The notes under the pieces are model-generated. The model saw only the letters and a list, made by a program, of their open reading frames with translations, was not told the origin of the DNA and ran no database searches. Source: an uncultured Acidobacteriota bacterium (lineage in GTDB: Bacteria > Acidobacteriota > Polarisedimenticolia > J045). Taken from it: 64,000 nucleotides of DNA. This document shows, piece after piece, positions 61,047 through 64,000 of the stretch. Position 1 is the stretch's first letter; each line of letters starts with the position of its first letter. The DNA lies in the NCBI GenBank assembly GCA_963702425.1, contig CAVPCQ010000023.1, forward strand, positions 17,035 to 81,034, read 5' to 3'. A program made the translations under genes and the position numbers.

Positions 61047-62566
61047 CGGATGTCCTTCAGGGTGGGATCGAACGGTTCGATCGCGTCGAGCACGCGGGCG
61101 ATGAACTCGCGCTCTCCGAAGCGCGCCGCAAAGGTCGCGAGGCCGAGGACCCGCTCCTGCGGGATCCCTCCGGGGTGCAGCATCCACTTGATGCGGCGCA
61201 ATTCGTCCACGCGCGTCGCGTCGCGGTGCAGGAGCGCGGCCTCGTACTTGGCGGCCAGCTTCTGGACCGAGCCGCGCACGCTGGCGTTGGTCTTCTCGAT
61301 CGCCGCGTCCAGGCCCTGGCCGGCCGCCGCGAGCCGTGGCGCCAGGGAGCGCAGCGCGTCCTCGAACGGCTCGCGGAGCACGGTCTCGAGATCGGCCGCG
61401 GCGCGCGCGGCGTCGACGCCACCCTGCAGTTGGCCCAACAGCTCGACCTCCGACCGCTCGGCGTCCGCCGGCGCCAGGCCCAGGCGGTCGAGCAACCGCC
61501 CGGTCTTCTCGTCGACGACACGGAAGCGGGCCCGCGGCACGACCAGCGGCATCGGCAGCCCGAACGCGTCGTAAAGCGGGGCGAGCTGCGCAAAGTACGC
61601 GACCTCGGCCGGGCCACCGACGTAGGCCGCGGTCGGCAGCAGCGTGTCCTGCACGATCGGCCGCAGCAGCGCGCTGGTGCTGAACGACAGCGGGTCGGAC
61701 TCGAGCGCGGCCAGGAGCGCCGCGACGGTGTGCCGCGTGCCGCCTCCCGCGGCCCTGTAGCCGTCGCCGTCCGGCTCGAGCCGGAAACGCGGGCCGGTGG
61801 CGCCATGCGGGTGGAAGAACGACAACGGCGCGCCGGCACGGATCGGCACCTGGGGCTCGCGTCCCGCTGCGGCGAGCTCCGCGACCCGCGCCTCCAGCGC
61901 CGCCGCGATCGGGGCGGCCTCGCGCAGCGCCTTCGCGTGGACCGGCGCGACCAGCGCGGCGATCGCCGGGTCGCGCGGGTCGAGCAGCACCAGCCCCTCG
62001 TCCGCGAACAGCTCGGCCAGCAGCCCGGCAAACGCCGCGGCCCATCCGGCGCCCGGCCGGTAGTGCCGGGCAAGCCGCTCGACGTGCGCTGCGCCGTGCG
62101 GCAGGTGCGCCAGTTCCGCGGCCAGCGCTTCGAGCTGCGCCGTGACTTCGCCGGGGAGCGTGGCGTGCGCGACGGAGGAGCGGTCTGCGGCGCTCGCAGG
62201 CAGCGACAGCGTCAGCGGTTCGCCCTGCGAGCGGCCGACCTGGACGCTCGCGATCTCCGGCAGGTCGTGGTCCTCGGTCTGCAGCCAGAAGACCGGGACC
62301 ACCGCCCGGCCCGACTCCGCGGCCAGCGCGCGCGCCAGGCGAACGGCGCTGGCGGCCTTGTAGAGCGTAAACAGTGGCCCGAGAAAGAGCCCGACCTGCT
62401 GGCCGGTCACGACTGCCGGAGCGCCCGCCGCCAACGCGGCCAGGTGCGCCTCGCGCGCGGGGCTCGGCGCGAGGCGGCCATTCTGCGCGGCGAGCGCGCG
62501 CAGCAGCGCGGGGGCGACGGGACGCGCCGCGCGGCCGAGAGCCGCGCGGCGGTCGTCGTGCTGCAC
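61043..62566 (-). CDS. bshC: Bacillithiol cysteine-adding enzyme
   Basis: VVTGQQVGLFLGPLFTLYK, PVFWLQTEDHDL.E, LLRPIVQDTLLPT..YVGGPAEVAY, PQER. Confidence 0.92.
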   Translation of the reverse strand: MQHDDRRAALGRAARPVAPALLRALAAQNGRLAPSPAREAHLAALAAGAPAVVTGQQVGLFLGPLFTLYKAASAVRLARALAAESGRAVVPVFWLQTEDHDLPEIASVQVGRSQGEPLTLSLPASAADRSSVAHATLPGEVTAQLEALAAELAHLPHGAAHVERLARHYRPGAGWAAAFAGLLAELFADEGLVLLDPRDPAIAALVAPVHAKALREAAPIAAALEARVAELAAAGREPQVPIRAGAPLSFFHPHGATGPRFRLEPDGDGYRAAGGGTRHTVAALLAALESDPLSFSTSALLRPIVQDTLLPTAAYVGGPAEVAYFAQLAPLYDAFGLPMPLVVPRARFRVVDEKTGRLLDRLGLAPADAERSEVELLGQLQGGVDAARAAADLETVLREPFEDALRSLAPRLAAAGQGLDAAIEKTNASVRGSVQKLAAKYEAALLHRDATRVDELRRIKWMLHPGGIPQERVLGLATFAARFGEREFIARVLDAIEPFDPTLKDIR

Positions 62567-62568
62567 GT

Positions 62569-63432
62569 CTACTTCTTCCAGTCGGCGATCGCCTCGGCGA
62601 TGTCTTCCTTGAAGAACTGGTCGTAGATGTTGTTGCCTGGGCCGAGCTTCTGCGACTGCTGGGCCGCCGCCACCGCCTCGGCCTTCTTGCCCTGCTTTCC
62701 GAGGATGCTGGCCTTCACCCAGTAGTTCCACCAGTTCGGCTCGATCTCGATCGAGGTGTCGATGTAGGAGAGCGCCTTGTCGAGGTCGCCGCCCGAGTCG
62801 AGCAGGTAGCGGGCCGCCTGCCAGTGCGGGCGCCAGGCGTCGCCCAGCGTCTTGTCGATGCTGGCCGCGACCTGGGCCTTGGTGTCGACGGTGACCGGGA
62901 TCCGCACGCGGAGCTTCTCCCACTCGAGGTCGAGGTTGGCGCCGGCGTCGGTGGTGTCCGAGACGATGAAGGTCATCCGCTCGCGCGGTGCAGCGAGCGC
63001 CTGCGGCGTCACCGTGATCCGGGCCACGTCGTTCTTCTCGTCGTAGCCGGTGGTCCCGGACAGCTCGGCCTTGGAGTTGAGGATCACGGTCCAGCCGGCC
63101 TTGCCCGGAATCGTGAACAGCGAGTAGCTGCCGGCCGGGACGGGCTTTCCGCCAAACGAGAAGTCGCGGCTGGCCGTCAGTTTGGTCGACATGTTCGCGC
63201 CGGTCCGCCAGAGCGTGTCGAACGGCACCAGCTCGCCCCAGATCACGCGTCCCTTGACCGCCGGGCTGGAGTACTCGATCGCGAAGTCGGTGATGCCGAC
63301 CCGCTGCTCGACCTTGGCCTTCGGGCTGGGGGCGGGGGTTTCCATCGCGTTCTGCGCGAGGGCCGGCGCGGCCGCGAGGCCGGCCACGGCGAGGGTGGAC
63401 CAAACAAGCTTGTAAACGAGCGCGTTGCGCAT
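62569..63432 (-). CDS. Secreted DUF2911 domain protein with TPR-like tail
   Basis: PSP.A.V.Q.VG, YSSPAVKGRVIWG.LVP..WRTGAN, GSYSLFTIP. Confidence 0.88.
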   Translation of the reverse strand: MRNALVYKLVWSTLAVAGLAAAPALAQNAMETPAPSPKAKVEQRVGITDFAIEYSSPAVKGRVIWGELVPFDTLWRTGANMSTKLTASRDFSFGGKPVPAGSYSLFTIPGKAGWTVILNSKAELSGTTGYDEKNDVARITVTPQALAAPRERMTFIVSDTTDAGANLDLEWEKLRVRIPVTVDTKAQVAASIDKTLGDAWRPHWQAARYLLDSGGDLDKALSYIDTSIEIEPNWWNYWVKASILGKQGKKAEAVAAAQQSQKLGPGNNIYDQFFKEDIAEAIADWKK

Positions 63433-64000
63433 GGGAGGCTCCTGACCTGCCGGACGCCGGAAGTGGCGGCCGGGAACATGATCTTGCGTCGAATCGGCGG
63501 GATTGTACCGGCCGGGTCCCGCGCGGCAAGTTTGCACGGTTGCGCCGGAACCGGCGGCTCGCCCCAGGAATCGCTCCGAGTGCTGTCCGTCTCCGGATCA
63601 CGGCACCCGCAGCTTCCCGCGCGAGTCGCCGTCCAGGTCCGCGAACCAGCCGATCGTGATCGGCGGCGATCCCCCCGGCATCAGGAACGGACCAGGGTCC
63701 TCCGGTCTGCGAGCTCGCGTCCGCCGTGATTGGCAGGCAGGCCTTCGCCCCGCACCACCGATAGGGGGGCCGGGCATCGCTCCCCCACCGAGCCGCCGAT
63801 GCGTGCGATGACACGGACCCTGCTCGCCGCTACGGGCATCCTGCTCTGCCCGAGTGACCTCCCGGCCGGCCCTCCGGCCCCGCCCCCGCAGCCGCTCCCG
63901 GTCGTGCAGCTCCGGCGAGCGCCGAAAACGGGTCAGATGTCCCTCCAGGCCGTGGAATTCCTGGTCCGGCAGCGTGGCCGCCCGGTCGCTTTCCGGTTCC

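Noticed and set aside
54714-63814. Extended N-termini and fusions given by the ORF track for the symporter, PIG-L, bshA, bshB1 and bshC
   Set aside because: The extensions overlap upstream genes; true starts were assigned from family motifs and stop/start overlaps
63433-64000. Long leader upstream of the DUF2911-bsh operon as a riboswitch, and a possible ORF starting at 63808
   Set aside because: No recognisable riboswitch consensus; the ORF is truncated by the window edge and has no motif; an Rfam search would be needed

Overview
High-GC bacterial window, probably Acidobacteriota (inference from gene content). Several single-base frameshifts look like long-read errors. The backbone carries an HlyD/ABC/TolC efflux operon, a diadenylate cyclase, msrB, small regulators and toxin-antitoxin pairs, a membrane Ser/Thr kinase, and a bshC-bshB1-bshA bacillithiol operon extended by an exported PIG-L deacetylase and a Na+/solute symporter. 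Two accessory islands interrupt it, each bounded by a direct repeat that duplicates the 3' end of a minus-strand gene, with no intact integrase inside: about 6.8 kb at msrB (8718-15550) and about 30.5 kb at the symporter (24187-54763). The islands carry kinase-linked transcription modules (ECF sigma + STK; FHA-sigma54 activator + STK) and large Cys/Asp-rich secreted proteins. Four otherwise unrelated secreted proteins share a ~75-100 aa domain, C-terminal in three of them and ending in Cys-Pro/Cys-Ala-Arg, that I cannot assign to a known family; it is the best candidate for an undescribed sorting/anchoring system. Also present: an intact IS21 element with a 7-bp target duplication splitting a gene, and several internally deleted or permuted IS481-like elements.
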